Shown one piece after another: positions 23,157 through 31,639 of a DNA stretch of 32,000 nucleotides (position 1 is its first letter; each line of letters begins with the position of its first letter). Source of the stretch: Cuniculiplasma divulgatum (GTDB taxonomy: Archaea > Thermoplasmatota > Thermoplasmata > Thermoplasmatales > Thermoplasmataceae); the NCBI RefSeq assembly GCF_900083515.1, contig NZ_LT671858.1:1140001-1172000 (forward strand). The letters are read 5' to 3'. The translations under genes and the position numbers were made by a program. The notes under the pieces were generated by a model. That model made no database searches and was not told the DNA's origin. It saw only the letters and a list, made by a program, of their open reading frames with translations.

Positions 23157-24977
23157 TTAATTTTTACCATTTAATTTTTCGTTTGCTTTGCATATGGCCC
23201 TGATCACTCCAAGATGGGTGATTGCCTGTGGAAAGTTACCAAGTTGTTCCCCTGTTTCCATATCAATTTCTTCAGAAAATAGATGGAGGTGGTTTCCCTT
23301 ACTTATTAGTGTTTCCAAAACATGTTTTGCTTTTTCAACATTACCCTGTTCAGAAAGGATCTCTGCATACCAGAATGAAGTCAGTAGGAATGCATTGTCC
23401 TTGCAGTTGAATCCATCATCGTTATTATATCTCCTCATAAGGTAATCTTTCCCCATTAATTCTTTTTCAATCCTGTTCACAGTTGACTTAATTCTAGTAT
23501 CATTGGAGTCGAGAAATCCTGTAAGTGATATTCTTAAGAGAGAACTATCAACATCTTTGGAGCCATAGTACTGTACAAATGACTGTGTTTCTTTATCCAC
23601 CCCATTCTGTAATATATCTGATTTGATTTCGTTCATCTCCTTTTCCCAGGTTATATAATCACCCTTGAAATTCAGCAATTTGCCAATTTTTATTGCCCTG
23701 TCATAACCCATCCAGCACATAACTTTAGAATAAGTATAATGTCTTGGAGGTGTCCTAAATTCCCAGATACTAGAATCGGGTGTTCTCCACACATGACGTA
23801 TTTTGTCGATTATTTTTATTACAAGGTCCCACATGTATGCGTTTACAGTACCTCCGATCATTGCAAGATGGTAGATTGCATTAATCATTGAACCGTATAT
23901 ATCAAGTTGAAATTGCTTGGATGCTAGATTTCCCATTCTCACTGGAGAAGAATTCATGTACCCTTCATAGTCGATTTCATACTCTTCCAGATCATCTTTG
24001 GAATCTATGCTGTACAGTACTTTCATATCGTCTTTCTTTTCTATAATATCCATCATGTCATACAGATAATTTGTTGCAACAAACTTCAGGCCCATCATGG
24101 AAAGTGCCTCAATAACATATGATGTGTCCCTTATCCATGAATATCTGTAATCCCAGTTCCTCTCGCCACCGATACACTCTGGAAGGCTGGAAGTTGGGGC
24201 AGCTACCATCATACCGGTTGGATCATAAAATAGTGCCCTTAAGGTTAGAGCTGATCTCAGTGCTATATCCTTCATTAAGCCATTATATGTGCTCTGCGAG
24301 ACAAAATCCTCCCAGTAACTTTTTGTTTCATCATATCTCACTTGTGACTTATAATTTCGTAAATCATCATCGGCCATATTATAGGATATCACAATCCACT
24401 CCTTTTGTCCAGGTTTTAGACTTATATTGCCTCTGATTTTTCTGTCTCCATCCCTAAATTTGGTATTTGCATATATACCAATTTTTCTTGAATTCTTGTG
24501 ATAAACTGCCCCATTTTCCAGTAGCAAAATTTTTACAGGGGATAAGCGGTAATCAAGTGTTGCCTTGAGTTCAATTTTAACATCAATAGCCTCATCAAAA
24601 GCCTGTATCATTCTGTGCATTTCTGGAAAATTTATGCTTGCATAGGGAGTTGCAGGGAGGAAATCTGTAAGCATAAGCACAGGTTTACCATTCTTTAGAA
24701 ATGTGGTTTGCAGAATCAATGTTTTTGGAACATATTTCTGGGTGACTGTCATGCCCTCGGTATCTACTGGTCTTGTTGTGAGATATCCCCCCTTATTTTT
24801 ATCGAGAATCGAATCGAACACTGGATTTGAAGAAAAATCTGGGAGACACAGCCAGTCAACTGTTCCATTCATGGAGATTAATGCTGCTGTTCTATTATTA
24901 GCAATCATCCCGTGGTTTGCAATTTTGGTGTATCCATTAACTTCAACACTGTTTATATTTAGTCCCATTGTCTCCAT
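23157..24977 (-). CDS. Glycoside hydrolase family 15 enzyme (glucoamylase/trehalase type)
   Basis: 606-aa ORF with the GH15 signature GGERNWDYRYSWIRDTSYVIEAL and an (alpha/alpha)6-barrel-sized C-terminal domain. Confidence 0.9.
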   Translation of the reverse strand: METMGLNINSVEVNGYTKIANHGMIANNRTAALISMNGTVDWLCLPDFSSNPVFDSILDKNKGGYLTTRPVDTEGMTVTQKYVPKTLILQTTFLKNGKPVLMLTDFLPATPYASINFPEMHRMIQAFDEAIDVKIELKATLDYRLSPVKILLLENGAVYHKNSRKIGIYANTKFRDGDRKIRGNISLKPGQKEWIVISYNMADDDLRNYKSQVRYDETKSYWEDFVSQSTYNGLMKDIALRSALTLRALFYDPTGMMVAAPTSSLPECIGGERNWDYRYSWIRDTSYVIEALSMMGLKFVATNYLYDMMDIIEKKDDMKVLYSIDSKDDLEEYEIDYEGYMNSSPVRMGNLASKQFQLDIYGSMINAIYHLAMIGGTVNAYMWDLVIKIIDKIRHVWRTPDSSIWEFRTPPRHYTYSKVMCWMGYDRAIKIGKLLNFKGDYITWEKEMNEIKSDILQNGVDKETQSFVQYYGSKDVDSSLLRISLTGFLDSNDTRIKSTVNRIEKELMGKDYLMRRYNNDDGFNCKDNAFLLTSFWYAEILSEQGNVEKAKHVLETLISKGNHLHLFSEEIDMETGEQLGNFPQAITHLGVIRAICKANEKLNGKN

Positions 24978-25138
24978 TTTTTAGAATTATGCCATATATA
25001 TTAAAATTTAAGAAATTGTGGTTATACTCGTATAAATATTTATTAGAGAATGTGCCCTTTTAGCATTATAAATTTAATTTTATTCTTAATAGTTATAACT
25101 TTCTCCTAAATTTTACTCAGATTATGTTGCATTAAGGG

Positions 25139-25150
25139 AAAATATTTTTA
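25139..25150 (+). promoter_or_regulatory. Putative BRE/TATA element for tRNA-Tyr
   Basis: The sequence gggaaAATATTTTTAtg is centred about 31 nt upstream of tRNA position 1. Purine-rich bases just 5' of it are consistent with a BRE. Confidence 0.4.
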
Positions 25151-25175
25151 TGAACGGTTATCTATGGGTATTAAT

Positions 25176-25279
25176 CCCGACTTAGCTCAGCTGGTAGAGC
25201 GGCGGACTGTAGAGGGAAAGTACGGCACGTAAATACCGCCGTAATCCGCAGGTCTCTGGTTCAAATCCGGAAGTCGGGA
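25176..25279 (+). tRNA. tRNA-Tyr (anticodon GTA) with a 31-nt intron after position 37; CCA is not encoded
   Basis: Hand-folded cloverleaf. Acceptor stem: CCCGACT/AGTCGGG. D arm: GCTC-AGCTGGTA-GAGC. Anticodon stem: GCGGA/TCCGC, with loop CTGTAG[intron 25213..25243]A. T arm: TCTGG-TTCAAAT-CCGGA. The C1-G72 pair and A73 match the archaeal tRNA-Tyr identity set. Confidence 0.9.
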
Positions 25280-25806
25280 TTTAGAATTTGATGTGTGTCT
25301 CGAACTATGTTCCAACAAAATGGAATGATGATAATTTTCGATGCCGGGCTCTTATCCACATCATTACACCTTTGAATCTAGAAAGACCCCGATGGTTTTT
25401 TAATGTTGTATTATTGATAAATTCTGAACTGACGTTCTCTCGCATAGGTGTGCCAATAGAACTTTCATTGTGTGGGTGTACATTATACATCCATAATAAA
25501 AGAGTCACCAGCAAACTTACATACTCTTAATCTCCTGTAATACGATCTTACTTAATGATACCATCTTAAATTTCCATACTAGAGTATTTCTTTGGTGCTT
25601 AGATTGACTAGATCCGGCATACTTGGTATCCAAATCTGCCTTTAAAGTAGAATAATCTTTGAACGTAGGAACTTATTTCTTAATAGACACCAAACTATTT
25701 CTGATAAATTTCCCGCTCTGATTTAAACAATTGAAGGAGAGTTGATAAAAATAGGTTCTGAATGCTAATAGGTAAACTTAACCAAAAAATCCTAGGGTTG
25801 TGAGGC

Positions 25807-26343
25807 TTAATTCTTAACATTTAGCTTATCACCAAATGCTTCTTTTAATATATTTTCGTAACTAAGAAATATGTCCTCATTAAGCTTTCCCCTTCCCTTG
25901 AAATTATTGTGAACAAGATGAAACTTAATTTTTTTTCCATCTGAATCTAGTAAAAGGTGGGGGAGAGATAATGGAGTTCCGTTTGTAAGTTCAACTTTAT
26001 CAACACTTGAATACGGTATCACCGTGAACTTTGGAGGTACTTCTTTTATTTTTGAATCCAGATTCTCCTCTATTTCTTTTCCTCTCCTTAAATTTTCATC
26101 TATTAACCAAGATACCTCTTCCTGTGTTACTTTATAATTGGAAACCGTACCCCCTAACGGGATCATTCTATAAGGATTACTTATCTGAGTTCGAATCAAA
26201 TCTGATCGCTGCTCTTTTCCTTCCATTGTGAGAAATTGGTATATTTCCTCATTTGTAAATATAAGATGATAGGTTGTATTCCATACGGTTGCATTATCAA
26301 TTGCTCCAATAACCTTGATCATATATTGATAATTTACATCCAT
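25807..26343 (-). CDS. Hypothetical protein (178 aa), orphan within the tRNA-adjacent island
   Basis: This is the only long ORF in the region. I recognise no motifs. The beta-rich pattern (HLIFTNEEIYQF ... VDKVELTNG ... KKIKFHLV) is vaguely like a bacterial PH-domain fold. Confidence 0.45.
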   Translation of the reverse strand: MDVNYQYMIKVIGAIDNATVWNTTYHLIFTNEEIYQFLTMEGKEQRSDLIRTQISNPYRMIPLGGTVSNYKVTQEEVSWLIDENLRRGKEIEENLDSKIKEVPPKFTVIPYSSVDKVELTNGTPLSLPHLLLDSDGKKIKFHLVHNNFKGRGKLNEDIFLSYENILKEAFGDKLNVKN

Positions 26344-26773
26344 TATAATACTTTTTGATTTTCATTAGCAATGTATGACATTTTCAAGTTCTATGTTTCA
26401 GGCTTAACTCTATTTATTGAAGTCTGAATTTTAACAAATAATTCACACCCACAAATCTTCATATCGTTTAGCGCGCGGTCATATTCATTACTCTCCTCCT
26501 TTTTAAGATCTTTGTTTATGCTATTATAGACGGTATACTAATGGATTCACAGCTCCAGCTATAACAAATGCTAGCTTTCCATCTGTTCCTGTTGATATCT
26601 ATGCATTTATATGGAAACTTGAAGATTGTGTGCCCCTAAGCACGGATGATTGACTAGCAAATGTTAGATATGTGTTGTAAACAGAAGGGTATTCCTTTTC
26701 CTAGCTTGATGACATTATTCAAGTGCAGGCAAATCTTTAATCTCATGGAGCTTAAATTTCTCTTCAGCTGGCA

Positions 26774-27277
26774 TTAACACCTAACTTTCTGTTTGCTTTT
26801 CCCGTATTTCAGGAGCTCATTCCCCAGTTCTGTAATCTTGCTGTCTTGATCCAAGAGATTGAATTCCATAAGCTTTTCTTTCATGTCAGGAAAATCAGAT
26901 ATCGCTTCCATATGGCATAATGATCCAATAACCTCTGGTCCTATAAGTCTGAAATAATTTTCCGGTGTTACCTCTTTCAGGAGAATGTCACCATTCCTGG
27001 TGATCTGATAATAAGTATGATGTTTATGCACCTCTGCACTTTTCTTTAGTTTTGCTGAGGTACGTTTAATTGAAGTATTTTCATATATATCCAGAAGTTT
27101 CATCGAATGGAGTCGTTTCATATAATCTGTAACTCTCATCAGAGGGATTTCGGTGTACCTTGAAGTGTTCTTGGCATAATCCACCTTCGCCAAATGCATA
27201 TGGCGAAGCACCCTCAGCATCTCTGGAGACTTTAGTACCTCTAACAGCACTTCATCCGTAAAATATTCGTTTGCCAT
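26774..27277 (-). CDS. Winged-helix DNA-binding protein (167 aa), hypothetical
   Basis: The pattern LRVLRHMH...IPLMRVTDYMKRLHSMKLLD...HTYYQITRNGDILL shows an HTH plus a wing (YY.iT..G). A TATA-like element (ttattatag) sits about 30 nt upstream of the ATG. Confidence 0.55.
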   Translation of the reverse strand: MANEYFTDEVLLEVLKSPEMLRVLRHMHLAKVDYAKNTSRYTEIPLMRVTDYMKRLHSMKLLDIYENTSIKRTSAKLKKSAEVHKHHTYYQITRNGDILLKEVTPENYFRLIGPEVIGSLCHMEAISDFPDMKEKLMEFNLLDQDSKITELGNELLKYGKSKQKVRC

Positions 27278-27504
27278 ATTTTCACTGTTCTTTCACTATA
27301 TGCTTACTATAATAACTTCATTAGAGAAATACTTCCCTGGTTTCATGAAAACATTGTTTTCTGGAATTGTAATTTATGATTCATATTTTTTTCCATATTT
27401 CCACAGAGTAAGACTCAAGCGGACTGATTTAAATCTGCGCCCTCTTTAAGGTTAAATAAATATACCTGTTCTATATAAACTATAACAATGAGAGATGAAC
27501 TAAA

Positions 27505-27675
27505 ATGTCAAAAATGATAAAATGTCCAAAATGCGAAAAAATTTTCAAGAAGCCAGTATTTGGAAGGAAAAGGGTCGGTGTGGGCATAGGTTTTACTGCA
27601 TTAGGGGATTACATTAAGTGCAAAGAATGTAATTATGAAGGTATCCCAAGTGAATTTGAAAACAAGCAGCAATGA
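27505..27675 (+). CDS. Small zinc-ribbon protein (56 aa), below the ORF-track size cut-off
   Basis: Manual translation gives MSKMIKCPKCEKIFKKPVFGRKRVGVGIGFTALGDYIKCKECNYEGIPSEFENKQQ*. It carries a CPKC...CKEC pair. A TATA-like element (ctatataaac) lies about 27 nt upstream. Confidence 0.45.
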   Translation: MSKMIKCPKCEKIFKKPVFGRKRVGVGIGFTALGDYIKCKECNYEGIPSEFENKQQ

Positions 27676-27988
27676 AAGTGTATATGACTGGTACTAATTC
27701 ATCATAACAACCATTCCATAATATCTCATTTATAGCAGCTTCTGTAATTGGCTTATTTGGGTCAATTTCCCGAGATCTATTATCTTCTAAAGTTTGTTAA
27801 CACTTTTGTTTACTATGCTTTTCTGTGTTCCTATAATTATGGAAAGAAATTTATTAATGATGAAACAAGGTGTAATTATGATAATTAATGTTTTTTAAAT
27901 GGACAAACATTTAGACATTTTAAGGTTCTCTAACCAGGAAATCACACCTTCTCTAAAAGTTCAAGAAATATATCCATAATTTAAACTT

Positions 27989-28261
27989 TTAAATTTGCAC
28001 TACTTCACTTCCATCTACCATTAGTCTTACTGGTGAGAGTAGTCTGATAAATATTTCCACCTTATGCTTTTCGGCATTTCCAATTTCAAGATCAAACTTT
28101 CTAGAAGGCACCAAATTGGGTACATCAATAACTCTTTCACCATCAACCTCTATTCTAATATATTTAAGAAAGGGGTTTGCGTTTACACTTATAACATGTT
28201 TTTCATGATCTCCTATTTCGAATCTTGCTTTTGACATTTTTGCTCTAAATTTATTACCCAT
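27989..28261 (-). CDS. Small protein (90 aa from ATG 28261) built from two tandem ~35-aa repeats, hypothetical
   Basis: The ORF-track frame spans 27989..28390. The first 43 codons look like AT-rich read-through, and a TATA-like element (ccataaatac) precedes ATG 28261. The repeats are FEIGDHEKHVISV...IRIEVDGERV and LEIGNAEKHKVEI...VRLMVDGSEV. Confidence 0.45.
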   Translation of the reverse strand: MGNKFRAKMSKARFEIGDHEKHVISVNANPFLKYIRIEVDGERVIDVPNLVPSRKFDLEIGNAEKHKVEIFIRLLSPVRLMVDGSEVVQI

Positions 28262-28470
28262 TGGAAAATTATAAACTTTCTTAAAAAACATATTCATTAG
28301 CCACATAAGATAAGTATTTATGGAGTTGAGAAAGATGATCGAAATATATCTCTTCTTTTCCACATTGATTATAAATTTAGTATTCACCATAAATATAATA
28401 AATAACCGGAAAATGAAAGAATTATCCCAACAATTTATGTCGTAGATGTCTAGATATTTTGTATAAATGA

Positions 28471-28482
28471 TTTAAGTATAAA
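28471..28482 (+). promoter_or_regulatory. Putative TATA box of the MFS transporter gene
   Basis: tttaagtataaa is centred about 36 nt upstream of ATG 28513. A second TATA-like element (gtataaatga) lies just 5' of it. Confidence 0.4.
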
Positions 28483-28485
28483 GAT

Positions 28486-28511
28486 GTAATGTAAGGATAT
28501 CCTTACATTAC
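28486..28511. promoter_or_regulatory. Perfect 26-bp palindrome (13-bp arms) between the TATA box and the MFS start codon; candidate operator or 5' hairpin
   Basis: GTAATGTAAGGAT|ATCCTTACATTAC was checked base by base. Pairing breaks at 28485/28512. The palindrome ends 1 nt before ATG 28513. Confidence 0.6.
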
Positions 28512-28512
28512 C

Positions 28513-29802
28513 ATGGGAGATGAAATAATGAGTGAAGAACTTAATTATCAGGCTGCGAATGGAATTAATAACCGGGATTCTAGAACCCAAATGATAATTT
28601 TAGGTTCGGGTATATTTATTGCAACCTTCGATCTGGCTGCAATTTCCATTGCCATGCTCGTTCTAAAGGGTATATGGCATCTGTCACCAATAACCGTTAC
28701 CTTAATCGGGGCTGCAGCATTAATAGGAGCAATTTTTGGTGGTTTTCTTGGCGGATTACTGGCGGATAAGTTTGGAAGAAAAGGTATTCTGTTTTTAGAT
28801 TTTGTAGGGTATTTTTTCGCATCTTCTCTAAGCGCCATTTCCCCAAATGCCTACTGGCTGATTTTCTTTCGGCTTATTGTCGGCTTTGTAATAGGAGCAG
28901 ATTTTGCTGTTTCCTTTCCTCTTATGGCTGAAATTAGACCAAGAAAAACCAGAGGAAGGGATATGGCCATGGTAATGATGACTGCTAATTTTGGCATGGT
29001 ACTTGCATATGGAATAGGTGGATTCTTCCTTGGAATAAACAACAATGGATGGAGATATGTGCTCGTATCTGGTGCTGTCCTTTCTATTCCAATTCTAATA
29101 ATACGATCTAGAATCAAGGAATCCGAAAGCTGGAAAGAGAAGAGACACCATACAATAGGCAACATATTCAGGTATCTTAGACAGAATCATACAGGAGATG
29201 TAATTTTTTCATCTGTGGCATGGTTTTCATATCAGGTTGGAGATCAGGGACTCTCAATCTTCCTGCCCATACTCCTTTCATCTCTTTTATTTATAGGGCC
29301 TTCAGACGCATCATATTCAAGTTTGATTATTAAGTCTGTAACAATACCTGCTGCTATTATAACTGTACTACTTATAGAACGTATAGGAAGGAGATCACTA
29401 CAGTTATGGGGATTCCTTGGTAGAACTTTATCCCTATTCTTTCTCGCTTTTATGCTTATTATGCTTCCAGATACATTCCTTTATGCAAAAGTACTCTTTC
29501 TCTTCACAGCTTTCTTCTTCGGTGCCATGGGACCAGACAAAACAATTGTCATAGCACCGTCAGAAAAGTTTGATTCATCGGTTAGGGGAACCGGAGAAGG
29601 AATTTCTGAGGCGTCAGGAAGGTTTGGTGGGTTGATAGGTATATTGGGATATGGTCTTTTGACTCCATTTCTGGGGGATGGAGGGGGAATAATGTTCTTT
29701 GCCATTTTTGCCATGATCGGATTGATAGCTACCCTGGTTTTTATGACAAAGGATAGAAATGAATATAGAAATTCAAAAAAATCCGATAGAAGAACACTCT
29801 AA
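28513..29802 (+). CDS. Major facilitator superfamily transporter
   Basis: 429-aa ORF with about 12 TM helices. It has the MFS loop 2-3 motif GLLADKFGRKG and the R..VG...G motif (FRLIVGFVIGADF). Confidence 0.85.
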   Translation: MGDEIMSEELNYQAANGINNRDSRTQMIILGSGIFIATFDLAAISIAMLVLKGIWHLSPITVTLIGAAALIGAIFGGFLGGLLADKFGRKGILFLDFVGYFFASSLSAISPNAYWLIFFRLIVGFVIGADFAVSFPLMAEIRPRKTRGRDMAMVMMTANFGMVLAYGIGGFFLGINNNGWRYVLVSGAVLSIPILIIRSRIKESESWKEKRHHTIGNIFRYLRQNHTGDVIFSSVAWFSYQVGDQGLSIFLPILLSSLLFIGPSDASYSSLIIKSVTIPAAIITVLLIERIGRRSLQLWGFLGRTLSLFFLAFMLIMLPDTFLYAKVLFLFTAFFFGAMGPDKTIVIAPSEKFDSSVRGTGEGISEASGRFGGLIGILGYGLLTPFLGDGGGIMFFAIFAMIGLIATLVFMTKDRNEYRNSKKSDRRTL

Positions 29803-29864
29803 TTCAGCAGAAAGATAAATTTAAAGAGGCATATGATTAATTAATATCTTTACATTGTTGATAC

Positions 29865-30233
29865 ATGGACAAGAAAAGTGTTGTAGTTGAAGAACTTGGA
29901 AGAGCCGGACCTTATTCCCACAGTGTTATTGCAAACTCAATGATATTTTTATCAGGACAGCTAGGAGTAAAGGAGAATTCTGATAATTCCTTTGAGCAAC
30001 AGTTCAGGAGGGCTGCGTCGAATGTTGAAAAAATTCTTGATCAGAGCAACTCCTCAATGAAAAATATAGTTAGAGTAGTTGTTTATATGAAAAATCAGGG
30101 AGACTTTGAACTTATGAACAAACTGTTCAAGGAAGTTTTTTCAATTGCTACACCTGCAAGAACAACCGTTGTTTGCAACTTTCCTAATGATAAAGCCTTA
30201 ATAGAACTTGAGGTTACGGCTGTCACACAATGA
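29865..30233 (+). CDS. ridA: RidA/YjgF/L-PSP family enamine/imine deaminase
   Basis: 122-aa ORF showing GPYSHSVIANSMIFLSGQLG...VVVYMKN...PARTTV...LIELEVTA, the typical RidA pattern. Confidence 0.85.
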   Translation: MDKKSVVVEELGRAGPYSHSVIANSMIFLSGQLGVKENSDNSFEQQFRRAASNVEKILDQSNSSMKNIVRVVVYMKNQGDFELMNKLFKEVFSIATPARTTVVCNFPNDKALIELEVTAVTQ

Positions 30234-30370
30234 TTTTTATATATATTTATACATTTACATAATTTATTTTCAATGCTAGAATATAACACACTTTATTTTA
30301 GAGGGGTTTATAAAATGCTATAACCTTTAAAAGCTCTTTGTAATACAGTATGTACCGAGAAGGTGAATAC

Positions 30371-31621
30371 ATGGCAGAAGATTTAGATTCTTTTGATATT
30401 GCTGTACAGCAATTAGAAAAGGCGGCGAAAGTTATGAACCTCGACAAAGAGGCTCTGGAAATTTTGAGGGCACCCCAGCAGATTTTGGAGGTTAGTTTAC
30501 CAGTAAGAATGGATAATGGAAAAGTAAAAACTTTCAGAGGATTCAGAGTTCATTATAATAATGCAAGAGGTCCCGTTAAGGGAGGTATAAGATTCCATCC
30601 AGAAGAAACACTTTCCACTGTAAAGGCACTCTCAGCATGGATGACATGGAAGACGGCGGTAGTTGATATACCAATGGGAGGAGCAAAGGGGGGAATAATA
30701 TGCAACCCAAAGGAAATGAGTCCTTCTGAGCTGGAGAGACTTAGCAGAGCTTATGTTAGGGCCATTGCAGATTTCATTGGACCTGAAATTGATGTTCCTG
30801 CACCGGACGTTTACACAACACCCCAGATAATGGCCTGGATGATGGATGAATATGAAACTATAGTTAGAAGATCTGCTCCTGGTGTAATAACGGGAAAGCC
30901 ACTGACACTAGGTGGCTCACAGGGAAGAGGAGATGCAACAGCCAAAGGAGGAATGTATGTTCTTAAGGTTGGAGCTAAAAAGAAAGGTATAGATCTCTCA
31001 AAGGCAACGGTTGCTGTTCAGGGATTCGGTAATGCCGGTCAATTTGCAATGACCCTTGTAAAAGAACACTTCGGATCAAAGGTAGTTGCAATATCTGACA
31101 CTAAGGGAGGTATCTATTCAGAAAAAGGACTCGACTTTGATGCAGTTTTAAAGCACAAGCAGAAAACTGGCACAGTACAGGGTCTTGAGGGAACAAAAAA
31201 TATAACCAACGAAGAACTTCTAGAACTTGGCGTAGACGTACTTATTCCAGCCGCAATTGAGAATCAGATAACCTCAAAGAATGCAGATAAAATTAAGGCC
31301 AAGATCATTCTCGAACTTGCGAATGGTCCAACAACACCTGAGGCTGATGAGATACTCTTTAAGAGAGGCGTTCTTGATCTGCCAGACTTCCTTGCCAACG
31401 CAGGAGGAGTTACAACATCGTACTTCGAATGGGTACAGAACATCGGAGGATATTACTGGACAAGAGAAGAGGTATACGAAAAGTTGGACAAGAAAATGAC
31501 CACTGCTGCTGAAGATGTGCTTGCAACTGCTGACAAGTACAAGGTTAATCCAAGAACCGGAGCCTATATAATATCAGTGAAGAGAGTTGCAGACGCCATG
31601 AAGGCTAGAGGATGGTACTGA
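30371..31621 (+). CDS. gdhA: Glutamate dehydrogenase
   Basis: Carries the GDH motifs [18 protein letters not shown] and GFGNAGQ. The ORF-track start is ATG 30350. ATG 30371 is preceded by aaGGTGAatac, a good Shine-Dalgarno match, and gives 416 aa. Confidence 0.95.
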   Translation: MAEDLDSFDIAVQQLEKAAKVMNLDKEALEILRAPQQILEVSLPVRMDNGKVKTFRGFRVHYNNARGPVKGGIRFHPEETLSTVKALSAWMTWKTAVVDIPMGGAKGGIICNPKEMSPSELERLSRAYVRAIADFIGPEIDVPAPDVYTTPQIMAWMMDEYETIVRRSAPGVITGKPLTLGGSQGRGDATAKGGMYVLKVGAKKKGIDLSKATVAVQGFGNAGQFAMTLVKEHFGSKVVAISDTKGGIYSEKGLDFDAVLKHKQKTGTVQGLEGTKNITNEELLELGVDVLIPAAIENQITSKNADKIKAKIILELANGPTTPEADEILFKRGVLDLPDFLANAGGVTTSYFEWVQNIGGYYWTREEVYEKLDKKMTTAAEDVLATADKYKVNPRTGAYIISVKRVADAMKARGWY

Positions 31622-31630
31622 ACCACCCCC

Positions 31631-31639
31631 TTTTATTTT
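31631..31639 (+). terminator. Oligo-T tract downstream of gdhA; candidate archaeal intrinsic terminator
   Basis: cccccTTTTATTTTc begins 5 nt after the gdhA stop. Archaeal RNAP terminates at T-runs. Confidence 0.35.

Noticed and set aside
23188-24984. Plus-strand ORFs inside the GH15 gene (23188-23445, 23222-23410, 24119-24436, 24703-24984).
   Set aside because: They are antisense to a 606-aa gene with the GH15 signature.
25288-25530. A mutually overlapping ORF pair just 3' of tRNA-Tyr (80 aa on plus, 69 aa on minus). I considered these as remnants of an integrase or another mobile-element gene.
   Set aside because: Neither translation shows any integrase, recombinase or other motif. The two exclude each other, and the surrounding frames are full of stops. 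I treat them as non-coding or decayed sequence, and the region is covered by the island finding instead.
26031-26231. ORF 26031-26231 (+) inside the 178-aa island gene.
   Set aside because: It is antisense to the longer ORF, and its translation is Leu/Pro/Phe-rich and low in complexity.
26715-26774. A 19-codon micro-ORF (MPAEEKFKLHEIKDLPALE*) whose ATG overlaps the TAA of the 167-aa wHTH gene (TAATG).
   Set aside because: The junction geometry is suggestive, but a 19-aa product with no conservation data cannot be supported. It may be the stump of a longer gene destroyed by the stops that follow in 26344-26714.
28262-28390. The first 43 codons of the 133-aa ORF (MVNTKFIINVEKKRYISIIFLNSINTYLMWLMNMFFKKVYNFP).
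   Set aside because: The composition looks like translated AT-rich promoter DNA. A TATA-like element lies inside it, about 30 nt upstream of ATG 28261. The repeat-containing domain starts only after that Met.
28401-28420. A possible attR-like copy of the tRNA-Tyr 3' end at the right edge of the island (aataaCCGGAAaatg compared with tRNA caaatCCGGAAgtcg). A second weak match, gatCCGGca, sits at about 25611.
   Set aside because: Only a 6-8-nt core matches. That is far too short and degenerate to call an att site by eye, and it needs a computed alignment.
28548-29714. Minus-strand ORFs inside the MFS gene (28548-28838, 28851-29165, 29481-29714).
   Set aside because: They are antisense to a 12-TM transporter gene with MFS motifs, and their translations are Pro/Lys/Ile-rich.
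30350-30370. The upstream ATG 30350 as the gdhA start (MYREGEY extension). Also ORFs 30095-30289 (-) and 31281-31499 (+).
   Set aside because: ATG 30371 has a GGTGA Shine-Dalgarno-like element 5 nt upstream and gives a GDH of typical length. The other two ORFs are a shadow ORF over ridA and an out-of-frame ORF inside gdhA.
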